Source of the DNA: Geosiphon pyriformis uo1
Lineage: Eukaryota; Fungi; Glomeromycota
Assembly: GCA_016748015.1 (NCBI GenBank)
Contig: JAAOMT010000029.1
Location: 112,896 to 176,895, forward strand
DNA: 64,000 nucleotides
Direction of reading: 5' to 3'
Of this stretch, positions 1-12,410 are shown in pieces; positions within the stretch are counted from its first letter, which is position 1, and every line of letters begins with the position of its first letter. The notes under the pieces are model-generated. The model was not told the DNA's origin, did not search any database, and saw nothing but the letters and a program-made list of their open reading frames with translations. Position numbers and translations under genes: made by a program.

Positions 1-46
1 CAAAAAGACATATTTACATTTTTATTTTAAACCAGTCTAAACTTAC

Positions 47-724
47 GGATTAGTAAATTGAGCCCACACCACCTGTTTCATTTCACTATAACTATTAGCA
101 AAAATCCAGCCAAAAGATTTGATAGGATGAATAGTATATAAAAATTCAGTTTTAGCTGGAGGCAATAAAGGCGATAGATCTATTGGAACCCTAAAAATTT
201 ATCAGCAATTCAATGTTATATCTGATTCGAAAATTCGGTTTTCATTCGTGATGAATCTTGTCAGTTTCTTACCCTTGTATCGTTCCTTCAAAGTTCAGGA
301 TTAATCCTTTGCGCTGAAACAGTTTCATATCTTTGCTCTCAAAATAAGTAACTAAAATTTTTAAGTCTCTTATCATCGGAAGAATATCAATATTTATTCC
401 AGGTGGAAGAATGTTTTGGCAGAAATTAAATTCTGGGATATGGGATTGTACTGTAATTGTAACAACTTTTCCATTTGGTCGTATCAAGCGAATTCTTATT
501 AATGGATCAACACAGTCATCACTCTTTCCCCTTTTAGCAAGTCTGAACATTATGGTCCCATCATCAAAAGAACCAGAATCCCCTGGAAATATCCCAATTT
601 TCCCTGTTTCCTTCTCAGTGTATGAGAAATTGCGGTATGCTAATGTGTTTTCGTTAAAAATCGAAAGTAAAGTGATAAATAAAAGTAGTCTCAATAAATC
701 TGGAATTTTCATAGAGTGAATCAT
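47..724 (-). CDS. Secreted/cell-surface hypothetical protein (5' part only; gene continues beyond the left edge)
   Basis: Exons 724-273 and 190-47, GT-AG intron 272-191, next GTAAG donor at 46. Signal-peptide-like N-terminus (LLRLLLFITLLSIFNENTLA). The NFSYTE..DDGTI..RIRLIRPNG..IPEFNFC pattern resembles an expanded Glomeromycotina family (recollection, not searched). Confidence 0.7.
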
Positions 725-2147
725 TTTCTGCTGTTTCTAATTTTTCAGAATTTTTAGTAACGGGCTTGAGGTGGTATATAAATGACTTCTAAATGGTGCA
801 GCTAAACAGCTTTTTTTTTAGAACATTCGGACGATAAGAATAGTGATGATATAAGCAACGCCACATACGTGAATATCCGTATAGTGTGGAGGAACCAGTT
901 TTGCCAATTTCACCATATTTGATCGAAATAGCCTCGTTAATAAATTTTCCTGTATTTTCTTTGTTTTTCATATACGGGACAAAATGAAGATTTGAGCATT
1001 CTGGATTCCTAAATAAAGGAAACTTTATTAAGGGCACATATCGTTATTGGCCATGAAAACTAAGTTTAGTACAGTAAAGGGATAGAGTGTAAGCCAAAAA
1101 AGGTTTAGCTGATATTGGTTGTTATTGTAAGTTTAATTTCGTATGATAGTTTTTTGAATTGTTTCACAATCTATTATTACTTTTAGTGAATTTTGCTTCG
1201 TCAAAAGTATAATGAATTATTTGTATGATAAATCCTTGTTAAATAAGAATGGAACAAGTCCTTTTTCCCGATTTTTGCAATGTATTACCTTGTCGTTTTA
1301 TTGCTGCGACAAAAAAAGAAATATTAATTAAAAACTTTTAGTGAGTTTTGAAAACGGAAAAGTTTGGTTGAGAGCACAATGATGGGAATCGAAGAATTAA
1401 CAATGTAAATAGATGCAGCTAGCATTTTGTACTAAATAACATTTGGAAAATACATATTAAAATCGAGAGATAGTTGTTTATTCACAAGTCCCAAACAAAA
1501 AAAATTTAAAATATGATAGAACATATCCATTTATAAATTATTAAAAACTTTGAAAAATATATATTTATTCTACGTTTCAGTATTCTTGATATACTAGATA
1601 AACATTAGGAATCCAAGAAGATTTTATTTATTTCTTGATTCCTCTATGTTTCACCACTTCTGGATAATATTAGTAAATATTATGGGAAATAATATTCCTG
1701 ATAGAAGAATCTTGGTAACATCCTACTGAGTTTACAACAAAAGAGCTATTAAATTAAATAAATATTATTTTAAAAATTAAAAAAAAAAATTGCAAATGTT
1801 CAGGAAAAATGATAATTCCGCATATCCCCTTTTTTTCAAAAATTGGTCAAATATATCTACATTTGGAAATATTTTTCTAATCCTGATACATGTAATAAAT
1901 ATACAAATTTCTACTCCGCTAGTTTGAGAATTACTCATTATCTTTTGATTTCATTGGATTTATGATGAGACATTCTTGGGCGTTGAATGATGGGCTCATC
2001 CTTTTATTTCAATTCAAAAAATAAATGATTCGGATATCTGAGAAAATGTTTTAAACAATAAAGTTCTCAATATTGGAACGGAAATTTCAATTTTAACTTT
2101 TTCTTTAATATAATTTTTCAAAACCTCGTTTATTAAATTGGAAAATC

Positions 2148-3205
2148 ATGGAGACCCGATCCAATATCCCGGAAATTAGTTTAGCATCAAAACTGAAATC
2201 TGAGTATGACGAAAAGAAATTGGAGAAAGAAATATTTGACGACGAAAATGAAAATGAATCGCCAATGAAAAATACCCCATGGTGGAGAATAGTACAGTGG
2301 GGCTGTTTTGCGCTTTTAAATTTTGCTTTTTTAATAATAAGTTTCGCCTTAATAGGAAGTTTTAAAAGTGATGTAAGTATTCTTAAAATTATTTTTCTAA
2401 AAAGGATGATAGGTTATTCAAAGTTAACTTATTTTTCCCCTAAAAAATTTTAATTCTTTGGTATAAAAGTTATATAAAGGAAATATTACCGAAACCACAT
2501 ATGATGCAATTCTAATATTTGAATGTTTGCCGAGAACTATCAACCTCTATCAGATTTATCAATATACAGGAGGTCAACTAAAATTCCGTGAAATAATTGG
2601 AGTAATTTGTGGTAATTTTATACAAATACTATCTACCTTGATTTTTTAGCAAATAAACTATTTCTAATCTACTCGAGAATATTTCAATTATAGGAAAAAA
2701 GGAAGGATACCTATTATTTGGTCATAAAAATCTAACGCAACGACAAATCAATCGTCTTTCGCTCGTTTCCGATTTAATATGTTTTGTATATTTCATATTT
2801 ATGGCTTGGGCTATTGGAAGTGATTATGGAAGTGTTGCACGCAACAAAAGAGCAGAAAGCAAAATGAACTCTCTTACTTATGCAGTAATGCTTATAGCCT
2901 TTATTATGATTATGAGGCATGCGATTAAATCACTCAAAAAAATTTATTCTGGTTTCATTTCCGTTATTGAATCGCTTAAAAAAAATTATGTTTACAAAAG
3001 AAAAAAAGCATTCCAATGTACTACCACCACCGAGAAACTAAGAGCAAATCAATCACTCATATACCCGCATAATTTAGTTCAGATCCTACCAACGCAAAAT
3101 TTTGTCCATGATCGAGCTTCACAAGTTCTGCAGATGCAACATCCTCCGCAGCCCGCTTATTGTATTCAAGAACAATATCAAGCTCATGTTCAAATGGTCG
3201 TTTAA
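2148..3205 (+). CDS. Hypothetical multi-pass membrane protein (~292 aa)
   Basis: Exons 2148-2372, 2470-2611, 2694-3205 join in frame across GT-AG introns. It has several hydrophobic segments and a Q/P-rich tail. Confidence 0.7.
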
Positions 3206-3547
3206 TGATCAATTCTTAACCCAGTCACAAAGAAGTTCTCAACACCCCTTGTAAGGAAATTATCAACAATCTTCCAACATGTGGTTGTCCAGTCTAGGAG
3301 CAGCCAATAAAAGGCATGAAATACCATTCAATCTTCACAAACTGCAATTGCACCTGAATATTATCAATTACTCACACAATTAACAACACTGCATGCTAAT
3401 AACCGATCATTATATTGTGACCTTTCAAATCTTCAAAATTATCATGAATAACATTATATTCTCTATTGAAATAATTAGCTTTAAACCGATAGAGCTATGT
3501 CGATCAATCCAATGTAAACATACACATACATATTCTACTGTGCTGAA

Positions 3548-3582
3548 GGAAGAAAATAATGGCTGAGCCATTATTTTCTTCC
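3548..3582. repeat. Perfect 17-bp inverted repeat with a 1-nt spacer
   Basis: ggaagaaaataatggct-g-agccattattttcttcc. Confidence 0.95.
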
Positions 3583-4248
3583 AAAAAAGTGCAGAAGTTT
3601 TGAAATCATTATAACTTTGAAATCCAATTTCTGATCAATATATTAATACAGTTATTTTTCGCATCTAATGAATAATAAATGATCTTAATAATTTTGGAGC
3701 AAGCTTTGGTTTTATATTAAACAAAGTAAAGTTGAAAAAAAGGAGGTATAACTGGCAATTTTTATAACTTATTACATGTATTATTATTATTATTATTATT
3801 ATTATTTATTTGACAAGTGGTATTAAATTGGTTGGTAGCCATTAAATGTTGGTAATAATAAATCCTTTTTTTAAAATTAAATATTTAATATAGGCTATTG
3901 AATCTATAAAAATATGAATTATGGTACCCATATTTTTCTTTTTTGCTTTGATATTTGAAAACTGACTCGATCTTATCAACCTCATAAAGATTATATCTTC
4001 TTTCGTTCACTAAAAGAAGCATAAATTTTTTTATAATAGTTTAATGATTTTCAATAAAACATAAGGTTTAAACATTTAATGTTATATGCTGTCTTCGAAA
4101 AAGAGTTTTTACTATTATAACGAATTTTATTCGTTAAACTAACAGACAAACAATTATTTTTATTTATTTTAATATATTTCTCTTTTATTCTGGAATATAA
4201 TAATACTAATTCTGATATTTAAAATAGGATTTCTAAAATAGATATCTC

Positions 4249-4301
4249 TTATTATTATTTATTATTATTATTATTATTATTTATTATTATTATTATTATT
4301 A

Positions 4302-4383
<82 letters not shown>
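4249..4383. repeat. (TTA)n microsatellite
   Basis: Seen directly, with a few single-T interruptions. Confidence 0.95.
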
Positions 4384-6706
4384 GCATGTTTCACCTTTGA
4401 AAAGTTTTATTTCACTTTGAATAAATTAAATAGATATTTGAATCGAATATTTTTTATGAGGAAAATGGTAAACACCCACCCAGATTATAATATTAAATAT
4501 TTTAAGCAGTAAAACTTTAAAGCTAGATTAACACTTTCCAATGAATTTGAGATAATAATTTATTAATTCCAACAACCATTACATCATAAATTTAAATAAC
4601 TAATGAAAACTGGTTTGTTTTAGTTTCATACAAATTTAATCGGTATTAGTGATCTATGCTATCGAGGTTAGTTGCAAATAGCATTAAAATAACATCATAA
4701 ATATAATCACTTTTGTATAATCAAATATTTACTTTTTCCAGCTAAGAATATCGAAAGTGTGTATACTCTAAAATTTAGGGTAATTTATTTGGCATCTGGA
4801 ATACGTTAAAAGCGGCAGCGTGGATCGAATGTATTTCAATAAACAATTAATTTCTATCCTGATGACAACATTAATGATATTCAATTTAGGGAGTTGAAAA
4901 TCTTGAAATTCACATTCGATGGTAAAAGATGATTGACTTTTTCGATTTCTGAATAAAAGCAAATCTATCAGTCTCTCTTTTAGTAATTTTTAACATAAGC
5001 ATGTGATTCCTTTATTTTTAACATTTTTTGATTTCAACTTTATCAAGGTGTATTAGAATTCAGGGTTTTGTTGACAATTTGTTAATGAATATTTCAAAAT
5101 AGAAATTTTCCAAGAGGATCATTATAATTTGTCATGTATCGAGAAATCTTTGAAACAGATACATTTTCTAGAAAAAAGAGGTACCAATTCTTTTGTAAAA
5201 CCCATGCGATTCCTAGCATGGGTAGTAATCATAATAGAAGATAAAAAAAATTCATATATATCTTCATGTGACTAATCTTTAAAGTTTTTGGAATAACTAT
5301 TTGGAAGTCCAAAAATCATAAATTTGGATTGATTAAAAGCTGCCTAATTTTCAATCTCATACACTCAAAACTAATTGAAGACATGATGATCGGATCATCT
5401 TGTTCAAGAAATACTGGTTAGCTTACCAATTTTTCCCTAAAATTTCATAGAATTCAATTGATCATACAAATATTTTGCCACTGTTTTCCTCGGATATTTT
5501 GGGACTCGTTTTTTAGATACCTTTTACCTTTAAAGAAAATGAAACAGATAAAATTGGAATTTCTCCTTTCAAAAAGTTTCTCGATGATTAAAAAATAAAA
5601 ATTCTAACATTCATTAGATCCCTTATATTTCTAATAGAAGGTTTCTTTCTAAAGAAAATAAATATGAGATCATTGACTTGAGGCTTTTACAAATATTTCT
5701 TGCTTCTAGGGGTTAAAAAGAAAAGTTCTTTTTAAATTAAAATTTGTTTCGTTAGCTAGATAGAAATTGTTTCCTAGGTAGTTAATTCTACGCATCCCAC
5801 AACGGAAATCAAAATATTTATCCATTTTGAAAATTTAATTCAAAAAAAATATTATATATAAAATTATAAAAATTTTAAGAGCCTTTTAAATCTCCGATTA
5901 GGTTAATGAGAAATCGGGATTTTAATTTAAAACAAAACAATTTACGACAATCGAATATTATAAATGGAAAAATTTAAAATTCTACTTGTTAGAATGATTT
6001 TTTATATGCTAAAACTTCCCCCCTAATGCTCAAGGAGCTTTTAATGAATGTATCCGGTATAATAAATTTCGTTCACTTGAAAGATGTGTGTATATAAATT
6101 TTGAAAATTTGTAGTGTTTCAAATTTAAAATAACTAAAGTTAGAAACAAATGAAGTTTATCTTTCACCTATTTCAACGATCAAAACTTTTCAGAGGCCAA
6201 AATTTTAGATTGAAACTAGTGGTCCTTTGAAAAAACAATTTAGGAAATATTTCAATGAGAAGCTGCTTGGAAATTCAGATGCAAATTTTTTTGAGTTGAA
6301 AATTTCCATGATGTCATATTATGTCATAACCCAAAAACCGATTTTGATTCAAAAAAATCACGCATTTAAACTTTTCAGCTCAAGAATGTTTACAAATCTA
6401 TGTTAAAGAAACTTTTGGAATTGGTACCTCAGAAAATTCTTGAGGTGAAAATTAAATTTAATTAATGGTCAAGAGCTTGAAGAGTTGTGTCACTTTGGCT
6501 TAAACCTACAACCTGATTCATGTATAAAAAGGCATACACACAAGATAGTTTACAGCATTGAAAAACCGAGAGCATCTTTAATCTCTAAAAAAAATGGCAT
6601 TTTAGCCAATATTTGACGAATAAAAGAAAACTAAATCCATTTCTGAGGATAGTTCAATAACTAATTTACAATCCCAAAAATTATTTTTGAAGATTCCTCA
6701 AGGAAA

Positions 6707-7010
6707 ATGTTTTCAAAATGTATTTTTTTCACGTCACTCCTTTTAGCTTTCTTCAACGTCGCAGCTTACCTTCACTCACAGACAAAGAACAGTAAACAAC
6801 ATTTATCCGTGTACCTTGACATCAAAATACCTGGAAGATTATTTTTCCAGCTTTTAATTCTCGTAAAGCTGTTAATTTCCCAGCTCTTGATGTTTAAACT
6901 ATGGAAGCTGATGACCCAGTCAAATACTCATTTACATAGGCAAAAGGCTTAATTTTCTTTTCTTTTTTCTACAAGAAGCCTATATCAACAAAAAGGATGC
7001 TATGGAATAA
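6707..7010 (+). pseudogene. Probable decayed small secreted protein gene
   Basis: Signal peptide MFSKCIFFTSLLLAFFNVAA. After a T-run near 6845 a second frame reads FPAFNSRKAVNFPALDV*TMEADDPVKYSFT*AKGL, with TAA/TAG where CAA/TGG would fit. Confidence 0.35.
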
Positions 7011-9250
7011 ATTATGCTAAATAAGAAACTTAAATAAAGGACGCTAAGAAATAATATGAATATTATTATACTATCTCAAAATATGTTGAAAATAGAAAAA
7101 AATCTTTTTTGATCTAGGAAGGATAGCCATATTCTCGCTCTAATCTAAGAAATTCATGAAATTAAAATTAAGCTAGATTTGATTATTATTAAAAAAGTTC
7201 AAGAAAAGTTTGTATCATTGAAATAATTTACAAAAAAGCCCTAAATTTTAAACATGTTTATAAGAATTGATAAAAAAGAATTTACATTCAATAATGTTTT
7301 TTCTTTATATATACTGTAAACTTTAATTTTAGAAAAAAATGAAACTACTGCAATCTTGTAATTACTTAAAACTAACAATCGTAAACCATCAGATAAGAAT
7401 TTAATAAATTTCCGTGAATATCAGTGGCAAAATATTGAGTAACAAAAAAAATATATATTCCAAAATGTCAAAGCAACTAAAAAAAAACAAAATATAGCAT
7501 ATATTGTATTATTATTTTAAAATAAAATTCTAATTCTAATTAAACAATTTAATTAAATTTTAAAATGTGTCTTTATATCAAATTATTAAAGAAACATACT
7601 TAACATTTATGAATTAATTTAAACAAAAATTTTTCTTAACAAGTCAATTCAAATATTAGTTAAGATGCTATTTAAAAATGTAACTATTTTGAATAAATGT
7701 TTTTAAAGAATAGCCAATAATAAAATAGTTATTGTTTCACAGTAAATGCAAACAGCGCACTTTTTACACGTGACTAGCCACCATACCAATCAACTTCTAA
7801 TTGGTCATTATTGTACAATCGTCATGTGCATACATTTATAGAGAGTATTCTAATATACTTGGAACTCAGAATCATTTGCACATGCAGAATATAGAGAGTG
7901 TGCATTTAGCTTTAAGCCCCAAACTTGGGACCAGACTATAGTGTGCATATAGAGAGAGTATGTACTTATAGTTATGAATTAAAATAACAGACTAACAAGT
8001 GATGAATTAAAGATGGTTCATGAATATTGTATGAATGATGTTTCAGGTAGCAAATTTTAAATTTAAGTTTATCCAAAACCTTTTTCTTAATTAATACAAA
8101 TTACAAAAATAGAAAAAAAAGTTAAGTTAATTATTACCTTAAGCTTTCAAGTAATGATTAATATTTTTCTCCAGAAGAGTCAATGATCAGATAAAAGATT
8201 CTCTCTAAAAATAGATGATTAAGCTAATAACTAAATAGCAAATCCAAACTATGACTATATAAAGTATTTAGGTGAGAAACATGTAAGATGATCAATTTCT
8301 CATTGTGTTCTACCAATTTCGAAAGATTAGAATTAGGTGATTTGCCAAAAATTTATAATATTCTAATCTTGATCTAACTTTTGTCCCAATAAATTAAAAT
8401 GGTTTTGACTAAAATGAAGTATTTTCATTAGATAAAAAATATAATATATAGTAATAGAGATAGATCGCTGCTTCAATTTATTACATATTCGTTAGGAAAA
8501 CTTTGAGAGCTACAATGAAATTATTTCCCCACATCTTTTATACACATAAGCCCATTTTATTAAAGTCTTCCTGTTTTGTCAATCTGAAAATTTTTTGATT
8601 TGATATATAAAGAACTTTGGCAATGAAGGCGATAGATTAATGATAAAGTAATAATACAACGGTAACTTTGAAGCTGCGAAAGGAGAAAAGATTCAAGGAA
8701 CTTAGATCAGAGGAATTAAGACTTTCGTTTCATAATTTTAGGAGAAATTCGCCTGTAATGATAAACAAAATATCTTTGGTATCTGATTTAGTAATATTAA
8801 TGGAAACTTTCCATTTACAATATTTGTTTGATATTGCCTCCCAGAAAGCTATAGTCGTCCAATGGATTTATTTTTTCGTATACAGCCATGGTAAAAAGTA
8901 TTCACCATAGACGTTCCATTTTCTTCTTAGATCCTCATGGCAGAGTTTAATTCGCTAAAGATGTACGCATTATTATATTCCAACTCTTTTTTTATGGGTC
9001 AGCCCAATTTGTTAGGATCTTTGAAAATACGAATTCTGGGTTTTTGCTTTTTATTCATTAAGTATATGGAGAATTTTAATCAATAAACTTTGCTTTCATT
9101 TCTTGCCTTACTCATAAATGCCACGATCACAAGTAGTGGTCTCCATGTCGCAAAGAAAAAAGTCAAATGTTTTGGTTTCTAAAAGTTAAGTAAACTTTTA
9201 TTAGTTTGCTTTTAAGCTTCCAATTTTGAAAATGAGACAAAATTAATCTC

Positions 9251-11241
9251 TCAAAACTTGCCCCATGAAGAAAATTCTCTCAGGGTTTTATTGGAAGACT
9301 CATTTAGATTTTCTGGTTCTTCAGTTATGACCGAGGCAAACTTTGTTAGTTTCTCCTCTTTCTCGATTACTGGCAAAAATGGCATCTGTTCCAATTCATT
9401 TAGAATTTCATCCATTGTTGGTCTCCTTTCAGGATCAAAATCCCAACATCGCGAATATAGCTGATGATAGGCGATGGGCGTCCCGATTATTGGAGTCTCT
9501 CGTTTACCGTTGCAAATTGAAAAAATTAAGGAATCGTTTGATTTTGGGAAAGGCTTTCAAATGAAAATTAAGATCTTTAATAAAGCGCTATCAATTATTT
9601 TATCTCTGCAGCAAAAAAAATTAGTTGAAAAATACTCACAGCTCTGCCAGCCGAGATTTCCCACATAATCACACCAAAACTGACCAATAGAATTATTGGC
9701 TTGATATTGTAAATCGCATATCCAAGTACAATTGAGTGACAGTAGCATTTGCATTGAAATTTAAGACAAACCTGTATATGTCAGAACGGGTATCATAAGG
9801 GGAAGGATGATCAGTCAGCCGCTCTAAATTGAGAAAATGAGATTTCATTCACCAAAAAAAGAAAACCACTTTACCAATCAAGAAGGTTCTAAAACTTACC
9901 AGGAGGTACATAAGCCAAGATTCCAGTAACAGATGAATGAAGTGATAAATCATCAGCTCCTGAAATTTTCTTTGAAAGTCCAAAATCAGTAATTAATGGT
10001 TTCCCGTGGTGCATGAGTATGTTTTTAGAGTGAAGGTCCCGGTGAACAATATTTTCATCATGAATGTATGCCAATCCATTAGCGATTTCATAGGCAAGTC
10101 CTTTCTTTGCTTCCCAGGTCAAGGAAAGAAAGTTTTTCTTCAAATAACCACGCAAGTTCCCGCCATCAGCATATTGCATCACCATCATGTATTCTTTTGT
10201 GTTTGGATCTTAGTAGTGAAAGAAATTGCAATTCAAGTTAAATAAAATTCGGAAATTTTTTCATGAATTAAAGGATTTCAATTCAAATATCAAATTAACA
10301 CCTTGGGATAAACCATAAAACGTGACCTTTAAAATGAAAAATCGAAGGAATCTTGTTTAGTCAAAAATAAAAATTCCCAAAGTTCATATTTGACAATTTT
10401 CTCACCACTCGATTGTCGTCTTTAACTTTCATTGAGAGTTTCAACTGAATATTAAAAGAATTTTAGGATTAAAGGTATAGTTGAAATCTCATTTATAAAG
10501 AGGTATCAAAAATAATAAATATTAGCAAACCTCACGAACAAATTCTTCGTATTTGCCTTCAACATTAGATACGATACTTCTGTCAAGCCGTTTTAATGCC
10601 ACTTGTCTTCGACGCCAAACAGCACGATGTATCACACCGAAGCCACCTTTGGTAACGTACTTGATATCACTGAAGTGCTTATACTCTATAAATTTCACTA
10701 GCTCTTCTTTAATAGCAGCTTCTAACCATGTAATATCTTTTCCTCCTTGGTAGTGGTGAAAATTTTCATCATCATATTGTGTAGTTGTAATCTTTTCATC
10801 TATTTTTCTTGATAGAGGAGTAACTGATGCGTTTTTTATGGGTTTTTCTTTTATTTTCTTTGGAGTGAATAGTGTTCGTGAATTAAATGATACTAATGTC
10901 TTTTCCGAGTTTCTTGATGAATCTTGATCAAAATCAATGCGTTCTAGGTCAATCACCTCGTTCAAATTTGCACAAGCTTGATCTAGTCGTTCTTCCAAAA
11001 GCCGAAAATTCTTTTCAAACTTGGATGCCTGTAGCAATTTATTTACGAAATTGCATTCTGAGTATTTTCCAATTGCCGCTTTACTTTCCTCAAGAACCAC
11101 TCCCAGGGTCCCTAACGCTATTCCATAACCTGCTTTTTTTATCTTTTCGGGATCATTTTCTAATTCTTGAAATAAATCCTTTGTTGATTCAAGAATATTT
11201 TGAATCCTCTCTAGAAATTGTTTAGCCTCAATTGTAGTCAT
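9251..11241 (-). CDS. Tyrosine-kinase-like (TKL) protein kinase with N-terminal MLKL-type helical-bundle domain (~492 aa)
   Basis: Exons 11241-10531, 10444-10406, 10326-10302, 10208-9900, 9823-9772, 9679-9640, 9553-9251. Kinase motifs: KGGFG, VALK, FVRE, HRDLHSKN, DFG, PPE, SDIYSFGVIMWE, CWDFDPERRP. The first ~100 aa match the MLKL N-terminal helix pattern. Confidence 0.9.
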
Positions 11242-12310
11242 TTCTTAAATCTGAAAAAAGTCTAAAGAGTAAAAATTGTACTAAGTTTCAAAAATTTAAT
11301 AATTGCCAGCAATTATAGCTGGGCAAATTTTTAACTAACCTGAAAGAACGCAACAAGAAAGATTCAACATCTGAAATGACATCAGGGATTTACTTTCTAA
11401 TTTCCTTTTCATTCCGATCTGTCGTGATAGCAGATAGATAATACAGGTGAAGTTCGTATTCGAGGCTGCATCATAGCCATATCGCATAATGTAAAGACGG
11501 TAATAAAATCGTCATACTTTCGCTTTTACTTGAAGTTTTGTTTTATAGCAAAAGTATATACTTCAAGTGTAAGTTAACTGCTGGCATATATAGTATACTT
11601 GAAAATTTAACTTTTAGAAATTCCTTTTGCCTTTTTAAATGTATAAATAATTAAATAAATAAAAAATAAAAAATATTTATTGCTAAGCATGTCTACATAA
11701 AAGTTTCCAAGGTTTAAATAATTTATTCATGACAACAATATTCAATAATATTTATTCTAATAATTAAAGTGATTTATACCAAATATTTTATTGTAGTAAA
11801 TTGATTTTAAAAAAAAATTATTTCCAAGGATAAATTGAGTCTGAATTAATCCTAAAATGATCATCCCTTAATATTTGACTTTTAACTATAGAAATAAAAA
11901 AAATTTGGGTTCTACAAATTTAAATATATCCTAAATCCGTTACTTTTCTAAGATTGTGAACCCATATGAATTAGTTTTTTGGACTTTATAGATTTCCCTG
12001 TATTAATTAGGAAATTATGTAATATTGTGTATGCAATTTGATTTTTTATACAAAATTGTTCAATACCAATATAGATTTTTGAATCAAAATATATCATAGT
12101 AAGTTATTTTTAAAAGAGATTCAATTGGCACCAAACATTTCGAAAGTCCAATAATTCATATTGTTTTTCTTTTATATATTTAAATTTGACTTTTTACAAT
12201 GGTTTTTTCTCTTTGATTATAAAAACTACTTTAACCTAGTTCATTCAACTTGCATGCCGCAAAAGGATTTATTATCGGTTAATTTCATAAATTTCAAACT
12301 TGTTTGTTCA

Positions 12311-12317
12311 TAATAAA

Positions 12318-12400
<83 letters not shown>

Positions 12401-12410
12401 TAATAATAAT
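12311..12410. repeat. (AAT)n microsatellite
   Basis: Seen directly; it produces the poly-Y and poly-I pseudo-ORFs. Confidence 0.95.

Noticed and set aside
411-719. Antisense or off-frame ORFs overlapping real genes (411, 9258, 10006, 10553, 10887, 20218, 31484, 37837, 39558, 41109, 42051, 42157, 47577, 47827)
   Set aside because: They are shadows of genuine exons with no independent motifs.
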